From Bdellovibrionota bacterium (GTDB lineage Bacteria > Bdellovibrionota_C > UBA2361 > OMII01), in contig JBIJBE010000008.1 of assembly GCA_044345405.1 (NCBI GenBank), positions 1 through 64,000 on the forward strand: a stretch of 64,000 nucleotides of DNA, given 5' to 3'. Below are positions 19,281 through 26,250 of the stretch, piece after piece (positions within the stretch are counted from its first letter, which is position 1; the number at the start of each line of letters is the position of its first letter). The notes beneath the pieces were generated by a model that saw only the letters and a list, made by a program, of their open reading frames with translations, did no database searches and was not told where the DNA came from. The position numbers and the translations under genes are program-made.

Positions 19281-20285
19281 ATGGCAATGAAACGGGCGCC
19301 ACTCGCTGTACTCACCTTCGGCTTCGCCCTGACCATTGGTGGTCTGGCGACGGCTCAGACTGCTGATCCGCTCCCATCCTGGAACAACGGCAAGGCGAAG
19401 AAGTCCATCATCGAATTCGTCGCGAAGGTGACGAAGAAAAGCTCGCCGCACTTCGTGCCGCCCTCCGAGCGCATTGCCACGTTCGATAACGATGGCACGC
19501 TGTGGGGCGAGCAGCCGATGTATTTCCAGCTCTTCTTCGCGCTGGACCGCGTCAAGGCGCTTAGCTCGCAACATCCGGAATGGAAGGACACGGAGCCGTT
19601 CGCCTCACTGCTCAAGGGCGACGTAAAGGGCGCGCTCGCCGGTGGTGAGCGGGCAATGCTGGAGATCGTCATGGCCACGCACGCGGGCATGACCTCGGAT
19701 GAATTCGCGCAAATCGTCAAAGACTGGCTCGCCACCGCGAAGCACCCCGGAACCAAGCGGCCTTTTCCCGAGATGGTCTATCAGCCGATGCTTGAAGTGC
19801 TCTCCTATCTGCGCGCGAACGGCTTCAAGACCTTCATCGTTTCCGGCGGCGGCATCGAGTTCATGCGCCCGTGGACGGAAAAGGTCTACGGCATTCCGCC
19901 CGAGCAGGTCATCGGTAGCAGCATCAAAACAAATTTCGAATTGCGTGACGGCAAACCCGTGCTCGTGCGGCTGCCCGAGTTGAACTTCATCGACGACAAA
20001 GCCGGCAAGCCGGTCGGCATCAATCAGCATATCGGCTGCCGACCCATTGCCGCATTTGGCAATTCTGACGGCGACCTCGAGATGCTGCAATGGACCGCTG
20101 GCGGCACCGGTGCGCGCTTTGCCCTCATCGTTCATCACACCGATGCCGTGCGCGAATGGGCCTACGACCGCAAGTCCCATGTCGGTCAACTGGACAAGGC
20201 GCTCGACGAAGCACAGACGAAAGGCTGGACAGTTATTGACATGAAGCAGGACTGGAAGGTCATCTACCCGCCCGCGAAAAGGTGA
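19281..20285 (+). CDS. cassette 2: exported HAD-family hydrolase (nonspecific acid phosphatase type)
   Basis: DPLPSWN, IATFDNDGTLW, IVSGGG, FGNSDGD; strongly G/C-ending codons. Confidence 0.9.
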   Translation: MAMKRAPLAVLTFGFALTIGGLATAQTADPLPSWNNGKAKKSIIEFVAKVTKKSSPHFVPPSERIATFDNDGTLWGEQPMYFQLFFALDRVKALSSQHPEWKDTEPFASLLKGDVKGALAGGERAMLEIVMATHAGMTSDEFAQIVKDWLATAKHPGTKRPFPEMVYQPMLEVLSYLRANGFKTFIVSGGGIEFMRPWTEKVYGIPPEQVIGSSIKTNFELRDGKPVLVRLPELNFIDDKAGKPVGINQHIGCRPIAAFGNSDGDLEMLQWTAGGTGARFALIVHHTDAVREWAYDRKSHVGQLDKALDEAQTKGWTVIDMKQDWKVIYPPAKR

Positions 20286-20311
20286 AGCACGAGGCAGAGG
20301 TTGGCGCCGCC

Positions 20312-20374
20312 AGCTAACAATCCGTTGCTGCGGACGCTCCAGAAGCGGCGCGCCGCTGAACGGAAGCGTTATGC
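20312..20374 (+). other. attC 2
   Basis: AGCTAAC (complement of the preceding GTTAGCT)...GTTATGC, with internal palindrome. Confidence 0.88.
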
Positions 20375-20811
20375 ACCAATCCCTGCCCTACAACTCAACA
20401 TCAGTGCGCGCCATTATCCTCCGTGGCGACAAGATTCTTGTTGAATGGCTTGAATCCAAGGGGATTGCGTTTTTGCCCGGTGGAACTGTCGAGTGCACAG
20501 AGGATCTTTTACAGGCGTTGAGCCGGGAGTTGCACGAAGAAATTAAGGACGCTGATTTCACGGTCGGTCGATATCGTGGCGCGATTGGACATAGCTGGCT
20601 TGAACCAAACGGAAGCAACAGTTGCCTGAATCACTTCTATGAGGTTGAGCTATCACCGCAGAGCAACCCCACTGCAAGAGAATCGGGTCGGTGCCTCAAG
20701 TGGATATCTCTCTCAGGTTCAGCAGTGCAGCGGCTTCAGCCCCCAAGTTTAATGGCGCGGCTAACTGAATCTAGCGAGGGGTTGTGGGATGAGTGCGATA
20801 GTGAGGGCTAA
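20371..20811 (+). CDS. cassette 3a: NUDIX hydrolase
   Basis: LPGGTVECTEDLLQALSRELHEEI Nudix box. Confidence 0.85.
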   Translation: MHQSLPYNSTSVRAIILRGDKILVEWLESKGIAFLPGGTVECTEDLLQALSRELHEEIKDADFTVGRYRGAIGHSWLEPNGSNSCLNHFYEVELSPQSNPTARESGRCLKWISLSGSAVQRLQPPSLMARLTESSEGLWDECDSEG

Positions 20812-20882
20812 GCATCCGACCACTCATGAGAAGGGCATAAATCCCCTCGACGGTTCTCTTAACTAAATGTAATACTTTGGAT

Positions 20883-21122
20883 GTGAATCCAACTATTTAC
20901 TCCGAAGGTCCTTACCGTTTCTTCTTCTTTTCAAGAGAGGAGCCCAGACCTCATGTACATGTGATATCATCGAACGGAGAGGCGAAATTTTGGCTTGAGC
21001 CCGTCGTCGCTCTGGCTGACTCCGAGGGACTGAAGCCTCTTGAACTTCGGCGAATTCAAAAGATTGTGGAGCGTCAACGTGAAAAGTTCCGGAAAGCTTG
21101 GAAAGATTTTTTTGGGGTGTGA
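20883..21122 (+). CDS. cassette 3b: DUF4160 protein (HicA-like putative toxin)
   Basis: PTI...GPYRFFFFSREEPRPHVHV....EAKFWLEP. Confidence 0.85.
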   Translation: MNPTIYSEGPYRFFFFSREEPRPHVHVISSNGEAKFWLEPVVALADSEGLKPLELRRIQKIVERQREKFRKAWKDFFGV

Positions 21123-21396
21123 GGTAGCGAATATCTCACCATTCGGTGTCTGGGTACTCGTAAGCGGGCACGAGTATTTCCTCGATCACAAAAAATTTCC
21201 TTGGTTCAAGGGGGCCGCAGTTGAAGATGTTCTGAATGTAGAGAGCCCTAGGACAGGACATCTTAGGTGGCCAGCTCTTGATGTCGATTTGCACCTTGAG
21301 TCTATAAGTTCACCAGAGCAGTTTCCATTAGTAGCCAGCACCAAGGCGCATAACAAAAAGGCGGTGCGGAGGACTAAGCGTCCCCGCACGCACTGA
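21079..21396 (+). CDS. cassette 3c: DUF2442 protein (putative antitoxin)
   Basis: EVANISPFGVW...FPWFK.A.....NVE....HLRWPALDVDL; overlaps the DUF4160 gene. Confidence 0.85.
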   Translation: MKSSGKLGKIFLGCEVANISPFGVWVLVSGHEYFLDHKKFPWFKGAAVEDVLNVESPRTGHLRWPALDVDLHLESISSPEQFPLVASTKAHNKKAVRRTKRPRTH

Positions 21397-21404
21397 CGTT
21401 ATGC
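21348..21404 (+). other. attC 3
   Basis: GCATAAC...GTTATGC; stem GTGCGG.GGAC / GTCCCCGCAC. Confidence 0.88.
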
Positions 21405-21841
21405 CGGTGATGATTATGAAGATGAAAATCGGGAATACAGTCTTTCCCAAGCCGAGTGGGGAATTAAAGCACAGCTCTTTTAGTAATTCGTGGTCCCTTG
21501 ATATCAGGACCGATTATCCCGAGGATGATGAGGCAGAGCTAGATTGTGGTGTACGCCTGTACACCGACGGAGAGCTTCCTAACTTGCTGGATCGTTCAAA
21601 GGAGCTGCAAGGCCAAAAAGCTCAATATGTTTGGAACGAAGAGGACGAACCGCAATTTTTTATCTGCTCCTATGAACATGATCCTGTGAAAGAACTAAAC
21701 TTTGAGGTCGTCAAGGTTTCCGAAGATAGCAATGGAAAGTTAGTTAACTTAGAGGGAAAAGGTGTAGTGCTGTTGGAGGGCGAGCCAACTACCTTCGCTT
21801 TTGAGTGTAGTATCGATCTCACATTGATTGGTACGGTATAG
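21401..21841 (+). CDS. cassette 4a: acidic hypothetical protein
   Basis: 146-aa ORF starting inside the R' box; no recognised motif. Confidence 0.7.
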   Translation: MPVMIMKMKIGNTVFPKPSGELKHSSFSNSWSLDIRTDYPEDDEAELDCGVRLYTDGELPNLLDRSKELQGQKAQYVWNEEDEPQFFICSYEHDPVKELNFEVVKVSEDSNGKLVNLEGKGVVLLEGEPTTFAFECSIDLTLIGTV

Positions 21842-21931
21842 CTTCCTCATTTCTTTCATAGATCGTGCGCAGGTACTCCGACCCACGATTCTCTCGTGTA
21901 CCGCCAATGTCAACGTGATAGAACCCCCCTC

Positions 21932-22210
21932 ATGAGTCTACTCTTCGAATGGGACGCCTCCAAAGCCCGCTCAAATGTTAGAAAGCACGGAATCTCCTTT
22001 GAAGAGGCTACCACCATCTTTGGAGATCCTAGAGCAATTACTATTGAATCCTCGGTAGTTAGCGGAGAGAAGAGGCTGGTTACTATCGGTCGGTCTGCAA
22101 CCGGGCGCTTTGTGATAGTGGTAGTACACACCGATAGAAATGATAGAATAAGAATTATAAGTGCTCGGGCTGCCAGCCGAGCGGAGCGCAAGCAATACGA
22201 GGGTCGATAA
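21932..22210 (+). CDS. cassette 4b: BrnT-family toxin
   Basis: FEWDASKARSNVRKHGISFEEA...IRIISARAA. Confidence 0.92.
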   Translation: MSLLFEWDASKARSNVRKHGISFEEATTIFGDPRAITIESSVVSGEKRLVTIGRSATGRFVIVVVHTDRNDRIRIISARAASRAERKQYEGR

Positions 22211-22211
22211 C

Positions 22212-22421
22212 ATGAAGCAGGAATATGACTTTTCGAAAGGAGTGCGGGGCAAGTACTTCAAGCGCTATCAAGCAGGCTCGAATGTCGTCATCCTCGATCC
22301 TGAGATCGCTGCCGTGTTCAAAGATTCTGAGGCGGTAAACGATGCTCTTCGCTCGCTCATACGCGCCGCTGGGCATAACAAGACACTGCTCCGGACGCGC
22401 AAGGCGCGCCGCAGAGCGTAG
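22212..22421 (+). CDS. cassette 4c: BrnA-like antitoxin
   Basis: MKQEYDFSKGVRGKY...LDPEIAAVFKDSEAVNDALRSL, immediately after BrnT. Confidence 0.8.
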   Translation: MKQEYDFSKGVRGKYFKRYQAGSNVVILDPEIAAVFKDSEAVNDALRSLIRAAGHNKTLLRTRKARRRA

Positions 22422-22429
22422 CGTTATGC
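22373..22429 (+). other. attC 4
   Basis: GCATAAC...GTTATGC with internal palindrome. Confidence 0.85.
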
Positions 22430-22755
22430 CGTTAATTCGTTCTAAAGAAGATTGGCTCGAACCTTGGTATCCGATAGAGGATGCTGCGAGGGCTGGTGCG
22501 CTGTTGAAGGAGCTTCGAGCAGAGCTAAGCAAGTCGCATGTTATCTACGGGATCGGAGCGCATGCAATTGGAGCTCGTCAAGATTGTGATGACGTAGTTT
22601 TCGAGCTGAGCGACGGAAAATTTGCTGTTGTCCACCTGACATACGCACAGCACCCCGAGAGCAACCCGGTATATCCATCGACAGAGATTCTTGAGAATTG
22701 GGAAAGTTTTGTTGCTACTCGCATGACGACCGATCATGACGATTGGACTGCTTAA
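22426..22755 (+). CDS. cassette 5: hypothetical protein
   Basis: 109 aa; EL..EL...H......AIGARQDCDDVVF....FAVVHLTY; start in R', stop in R''. Confidence 0.75.
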   Translation: MPLIRSKEDWLEPWYPIEDAARAGALLKELRAELSKSHVIYGIGAHAIGARQDCDDVVFELSDGKFAVVHLTYAQHPESNPVYPSTEILENWESFVATRMTTDHDDWTA

Positions 22756-22833
22756 CCGATACCAGCTGCGGATCGGTCCCGCGGCCTGATTATTTTGAAC
22801 TGCGGTGGCCGCTCGCAGTAGAAGAAGTTATGC
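22750..22833 (+). other. attC 5
   Basis: GCTTAAC...GTTATGC; stems CTGCG/CGCAG and CCGCGG/CTGCGG. Confidence 0.75.
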
Positions 22834-23124
22834 CCGCTTCCTCACCTCACGTTCTATCGCTGCGCCCGTGTCAATACGAGCTGAGTCCAGGTCGTAGTCC
22901 ATTTGAATTCCCAGCCAGAAATCCGCTGAGTTGCCAAAATAGGCCGATAAGCGGAGTGCCGTGTCAGCTGATATCCCCCTCTTCCCAAGAACGATTTCAT
23001 TAATCCGACGAGCGGGGACACCTAGAGCTAAGGCAAGACGGTTCTGGCTTAGGCTCAAAGGCTTCAGAAATTCCTCATTGAGAATTTCCCCCGGATGAAT
23101 AGGCACTAATTTCACTTTTTTCAT
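22828..23124 (-). CDS. higA: cassette 6: HigA antitoxin
   Basis: PIHPGEILNEEFLKPL...RRINEIVLGKRGISADTALRL..YFG...FWL. Confidence 0.93.
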   Translation of the reverse strand: MKKVKLVPIHPGEILNEEFLKPLSLSQNRLALALGVPARRINEIVLGKRGISADTALRLSAYFGNSADFWLGIQMDYDLDSARIDTGAAIEREVRKRA

Positions 23125-23135
23125 AGCAGTTCTCA

Positions 23136-23417
23136 CTAATGGTAATCCACTATTTCAACTCGAAACGCATGCCCATCATGCCATTCGAAGCAAATTCTCC
23201 ACTGATCGTTCACTCTGATGCTCCATTGCCCACTTCTATTGCCCGACAACTTTTCGAGTCGATTGGCGGGAGGGATTTTCAAGTCCGCCACACTTGTCGA
23301 GCGATGCAACATGCGCAACTTCCTTAGGGCGATTTGCTGGATACCGGGAGGAATCTTCCTCGAGCTCTCTAAGTTGAAGATCTTCTCAGTTTCTTTACAC
23401 TTAAAACTCTTAATCAC
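23136..23417 (-). CDS. higB: cassette 6: HigB toxin (RelE fold)
   Basis: MIKSFKCKETEKIF...PPANRLEKLSG.R.GQWSIRVNDQWRICF...VEIVDYH. Confidence 0.93.
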   Translation of the reverse strand: MIKSFKCKETEKIFNLESSRKIPPGIQQIALRKLRMLHRSTSVADLKIPPANRLEKLSGNRSGQWSIRVNDQWRICFEWHDGHAFRVEIVDYH

Positions 23418-23423
23418 CACATG

Positions 23424-23452
23424 ATGATATCCCATAGCGCGTTTAACGGCAA
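23424..23452 (-). promoter_or_regulatory. sigma-70 promoter of higBA (TTGCCG-N17-TATCAT)
   Basis: Consensus-like boxes with a 17-nt spacer just before the GTG start. Confidence 0.6.
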
Positions 23453-23470
23453 GCGTTAAATTCAAGCCGG

Positions 23471-23566
23471 GCATAACCATGCGGTCGAGAAGATGTGCAC
23501 CACCGCTAAGAAGCTGGTTTGACTGGCGCGGTGTGTGGTGCAACACTTTTCACCGAGACGTTATTC
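23471..23566 (+). other. attC 6
   Basis: CGGGCATAAC complements the GTTATGCCCG cassette start; R' GTTATTC; stem TGCACCAC/GTGGTGCA. Confidence 0.85.
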
Positions 23567-23567
23567 C

Positions 23568-24086
23568 CTAGAAGCCGACCCTCCTTTTCTTCTGTTCGGT
23601 CGGCTTCTCAAGTTGTGCGATTAGAAATCGAATCTCTTGCAACTCCTGCTCGTGCTCCGCGAACCCCTGAGCAAGTCGTTTCTCGATGTCTTGCAGTCGC
23701 CGCTTTAGCTCTCCGTGTTCGGCAAGCATCGTCCTCATGCGAATAAAGGTGCGTACCACGATAATACTCGCATGAATCGCGACCTTGCTGCTTAGCACGT
23801 TAGCGGCCATGACGGCGCCGTGCTCGGTGAACACATACGGTCGATAACGACGCCCTCCTCTCGGTCCATTTGAGGTCGCAATTTGCGACCTCAAACTCGC
23901 AACTTCTTGAAAGTCCAGTTGAAACATAAAGTCGTCAGGGAAGCGACCACGGTTTCGCTTAACCTGCTCATTGAGCCGCTTTGTTGAGACCCCATACAGT
24001 CGAGCAAGGTCTTGGTCGAGAATCACCCGCTGTCCTCGAATGGTGAGGATGGTGCCCTCAATACTGGTGAATGTGTTTTGTTCCAT
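23568..24086 (-). CDS. cassette 7: ORF6N (KilA-N-like) DNA-binding protein 1
   Basis: IRGQRVILDQDLARLYGV.TKRLNEQVKRN..RFPDDFMFQL, PYVFTEHG. Confidence 0.92.
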   Translation of the reverse strand: MEQNTFTSIEGTILTIRGQRVILDQDLARLYGVSTKRLNEQVKRNRGRFPDDFMFQLDFQEVASLRSQIATSNGPRGGRRYRPYVFTEHGAVMAANVLSSKVAIHASIIVVRTFIRMRTMLAEHGELKRRLQDIEKRLAQGFAEHEQELQEIRFLIAQLEKPTEQKKRRVGF

Positions 24087-24093
24087 GGAGGTC

Positions 24094-24120
24094 TAATCGA
24101 GGGTGCTCGGTGGAAGTTGC
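24094..24120 (-). promoter_or_regulatory. alternative-sigma-type promoter motif (GCAACTTC-N11-CTCGATTA)
   Basis: Ends 7 nt before the ORF6N-1 ATG; same geometry as the intI motif. Confidence 0.55.
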
Positions 24121-24136
24121 GAGGTCACGGGCAAAG

Positions 24137-24192
24137 GGATAACAATTAAAGCCAGCCGAGCGCTCTGGACCCGCTGCTTATCACCGCTATCC
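24137..24192 (+). other. attC 7 (non-canonical R' GCTATCC)
   Basis: GGATAAC-5nt-AAGCCAGC...GCTGCTT-6nt-GCTATCC. Confidence 0.65.
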
Positions 24193-24678
24193 TTTTCTAC
24201 CGAATCCAATCGGTTTTTTTGAACTTGGCGGCGGTAGATCCATCAGTTGTTGAATCGCAAAGCGGACAGCTTGTAGTTCATCCTCAGTATCGTGAAATCC
24301 TCGAGCGACTCGCTCCTCCAGTCGTTCTAGTCGCAACTTCAACTCGCGATGTTCAGAGATAATCTCGCGAGCGTGACTGAAAGCTCTGACAACTAGGATG
24401 CTTGTCTCGATTGCAATCCTACTATTAAGAACCGTCGCGGCCATAATCGCTCCGTGCTCCGTTAAAGCAAGCGGTAAGATACTCGAAAATTTGAGCTTTT
24501 GAAGGTGGTCGCACTTTGCGACCACCTCGTCCGTTTCGGCTTTCGTTAATTGCAGGACGAAGTCAGTCGGAAAGCGCTCACTATTTCGCCTCACCTGCTC
24601 TTTGAGACGTTTTGTCTTTACGCCGTAAAGCTCCGCCAAATCTGAGTCAATTATTACTCTATGCCCACGAATCAGCAT
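24187..24678 (-). CDS. ORF6N protein 2
   Basis: IRGHRVIIDSDLAELYGVKTKRLKEQVRRN.ERFP.DF, LTEHGAIMAA. Confidence 0.92.
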   Translation of the reverse strand: MLIRGHRVIIDSDLAELYGVKTKRLKEQVRRNSERFPTDFVLQLTKAETDEVVAKCDHLQKLKFSSILPLALTEHGAIMAATVLNSRIAIETSILVVRAFSHAREIISEHRELKLRLERLEERVARGFHDTEDELQAVRFAIQQLMDLPPPSSKKPIGFGRKG

Positions 24679-24794
24679 GATATGTGGGCGGGCGGATAAA
24701 TGACTTTGTTGAACAATCTGATTTTGTGCTTTTGGTTTCTTGATAACTCTCTGGGGCTTCGTCCGGTTTTGAACATCTACCGGTCAGTCGCGCT

Positions 24795-24988
24795 AGAGGG
24801 GGTACGTCTGACATGACTGCGACAATTTCACGCACGCTCATATCTCAGGGGTGCCGCGTGCCATCGAAGCAGTGGAAACGGCGGATCCTGAGAAGATACC
24901 GGTTCTCGGTAGTGTAGCTAAGTTGCCGCAATCGAATCGCCAATCTAACAAAATCAAATAACACCTTAACCGGCTGTGTTGAGCCCAT
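24795..24988 (-). pseudogene. intI: decayed second integron integrase (N-terminus only)
   Basis: MGSTQPVKVLFDFVRLAIRLRQLSYTTENRYLLRIRRFHCFDGTRHP*DMSVREIVAVMSD aligns without gaps to the N-terminus of the intact IntI; internal TGA. Confidence 0.85.
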
Positions 24989-24994
24989 AGCTAT

Positions 24995-25021
24995 ATATCG
25001 ATGTCTCTCGAGAGGAGTTGC
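24995..25021 (-). promoter_or_regulatory. alternative-sigma-type promoter motif (GCAACTCC-N11-ATCGATAT)
   Basis: Ends 6 nt before the pseudo-intI ATG. Confidence 0.55.
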
Positions 25022-25198
25022 GGCTAGTACTTTCGGCCCCTAGATGCGCGGATCGGCACATCTACGCTGATTTGGTGTAGATACCCAGGTCCTAAGATAA
25101 GGTCCTTTTCGTCCCTATCTCCCGATATTACTGATCAATCTTATAAGTTGAGCGGCAGAAGAGGGGGGTGATATCATTCTGGAGATAGGTCGATCGTC

Positions 25199-25233
25199 CT
25201 AGATGGGCGGATCGGCACAATGCTATGTTATGG
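25199..25233 (+). other. attI site of integron 2 (crossover G|TT at 25227)
   Basis: CTAGATGGGCGGATCGGCACAATGCTATGTT resembles attI 1; GTTATGG is the exact complement of R'' CCATAAC at 25541. Confidence 0.78.
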
Positions 25234-25553
25234 CCAAAGCAATTCCGCACATAAGGAACTCCGATTTTTCCCTCGGCGATCTGCCATGTGCGACCGCTTC
25301 GCGATTCCGTCCAGAAGATTTGGTTTCCTTAGGCTTAACATTCCCCCACTCGCAGAAAGATGAAATTGAGCCCAACGTCCATGGAGTGCGTGATGTAAGC
25401 GCTGACTCGTCAGTCCGTGCTTTGCGAACAGCTCTGTTCGTCGAGTGGCGAAGGTGGAATCATTTTGGGACAGATATGCCCAGTGACGAGATGGAAAGAG
25501 TTAGAGCTGTTTACGGTTGGTTGCTAGACCAGACGGCACTCCATAACAAATAA
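25230..25553 (+). CDS. first cassette of integron 2: hypothetical protein
   Basis: ATG inside GTTATGG; LRTALFVEWRRWNHFG motif; stop inside the attC. Confidence 0.65.
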   Translation: MAKAIPHIRNSDFSLGDLPCATASRFRPEDLVSLGLTFPHSQKDEIEPNVHGVRDVSADSSVRALRTALFVEWRRWNHFGTDMPSDEMERVRAVYGWLLDQTALHNK

Positions 25554-25595
25554 GTGGTGTCGACGGACAAACCGCGGCACTATCAGTTGCTACTA
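25541..25595 (+). other. attC 8
   Basis: CCATAAC, stem TGGTGTCG/CGGCACTA; R' ambiguous (GTTGCTA or GCTACTA). Confidence 0.65.
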
Positions 25596-26123
25596 ATCAT
25601 TATCATCACCAAACCCGATACTTCTCTTCTTAGGAGGCTGCGCGGGATTCATGATTTCCCTGATTGTGTCAAAAACCACCTTGAATTGGCGGTCGTATCG
25701 ACTTTCGAGCTGGCTTAATTTTTCAGCAAGCTCAACGTGAGACTCAATCAAGGAACGAAGACGCACGAAGGCTCTCATGATCTCAATGTTGACTGCGATT
25801 GCTCGGGGGCTATTGAGTACGCCGGATAGCATGGCGATTCCCTGTTCTGTGAACACATAGGGCAAATATCCTCGACCGCCACGACCTGGTTTTGAGATGC
25901 CAATTTGGCATCTCAAAGCGCTGACCTCCTGTTCCGATAGCTGAAACATAAAGTCTTCGGGGAAGCGCTCGCGGTTTCTTTGAACTGCGCGGACAGGCGC
26001 ACCGGTTTTGGTTCCATACAATCGGGCAAGATCCTCATCGAGCATGACTTTGTGTTTTCTGATCAAGTATATGCTTTGCTCGACCAATCGGCGATTCAAT
26101 CCCTCTTCCATACGGAGCTTCAA
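25593..26123 (-). CDS. ORF6N protein 3
   Basis: IYLIRKHKVMLDEDLARLYG...RNRERFPEDFMFQL, PYVFTEQGIAMLSGVLNS.RAIAVNIEIMRAFV. Confidence 0.92.
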   Translation of the reverse strand: MKLRMEEGLNRRLVEQSIYLIRKHKVMLDEDLARLYGTKTGAPVRAVQRNRERFPEDFMFQLSEQEVSALRCQIGISKPGRGGRGYLPYVFTEQGIAMLSGVLNSPRAIAVNIEIMRAFVRLRSLIESHVELAEKLSQLESRYDRQFKVVFDTIREIMNPAQPPKKRSIGFGDDND

Positions 26124-26142
26124 TTAAAGTATTCCCTCCTTT

Positions 26143-26169
26143 ATATCGGGAAGATATGGGATAAGTTGC
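26143..26169 (-). promoter_or_regulatory. alternative-sigma-type promoter motif (GCAACTTA-N11-CCCGATAT)
   Basis: Upstream of ORF6N-3, followed by an AAGGAGG SD. Confidence 0.55.
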
Positions 26170-26230
26170 TAACACGCATGCCAAACGCCTGGTGTCGAGC
26201 GAGGGCGCCGGCACAGTCTTATCGTTATGG
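26167..26230 (+). other. probable degenerate attC 9
   Basis: TGCTAAC...GTTATGG with weak stems TGCC/GGCA and CGCC/GGCG. Confidence 0.45.
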
Positions 26231-26250
26231 CCTCCGTGTGAGACTCGCAC

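Noticed and set aside
25190-25201. 12-bp match (TAGGACGATCGA) between the second attI leader and the IS91 end
   Set aside because: Short, partly palindromic and absent from platform 1; chance cannot be excluded.
23568-26123. Prophage, suggested by antirepressor-like ORF6N genes and an integrase
   Set aside because: No structural, terminase or replication genes; the integrase is integron-type and the genes are attC-bounded.
19188-26230. CRISPR array
   Set aside because: The recurring palindromes differ in sequence and are separated by whole genes; they are attC sites, and no cas genes are present.
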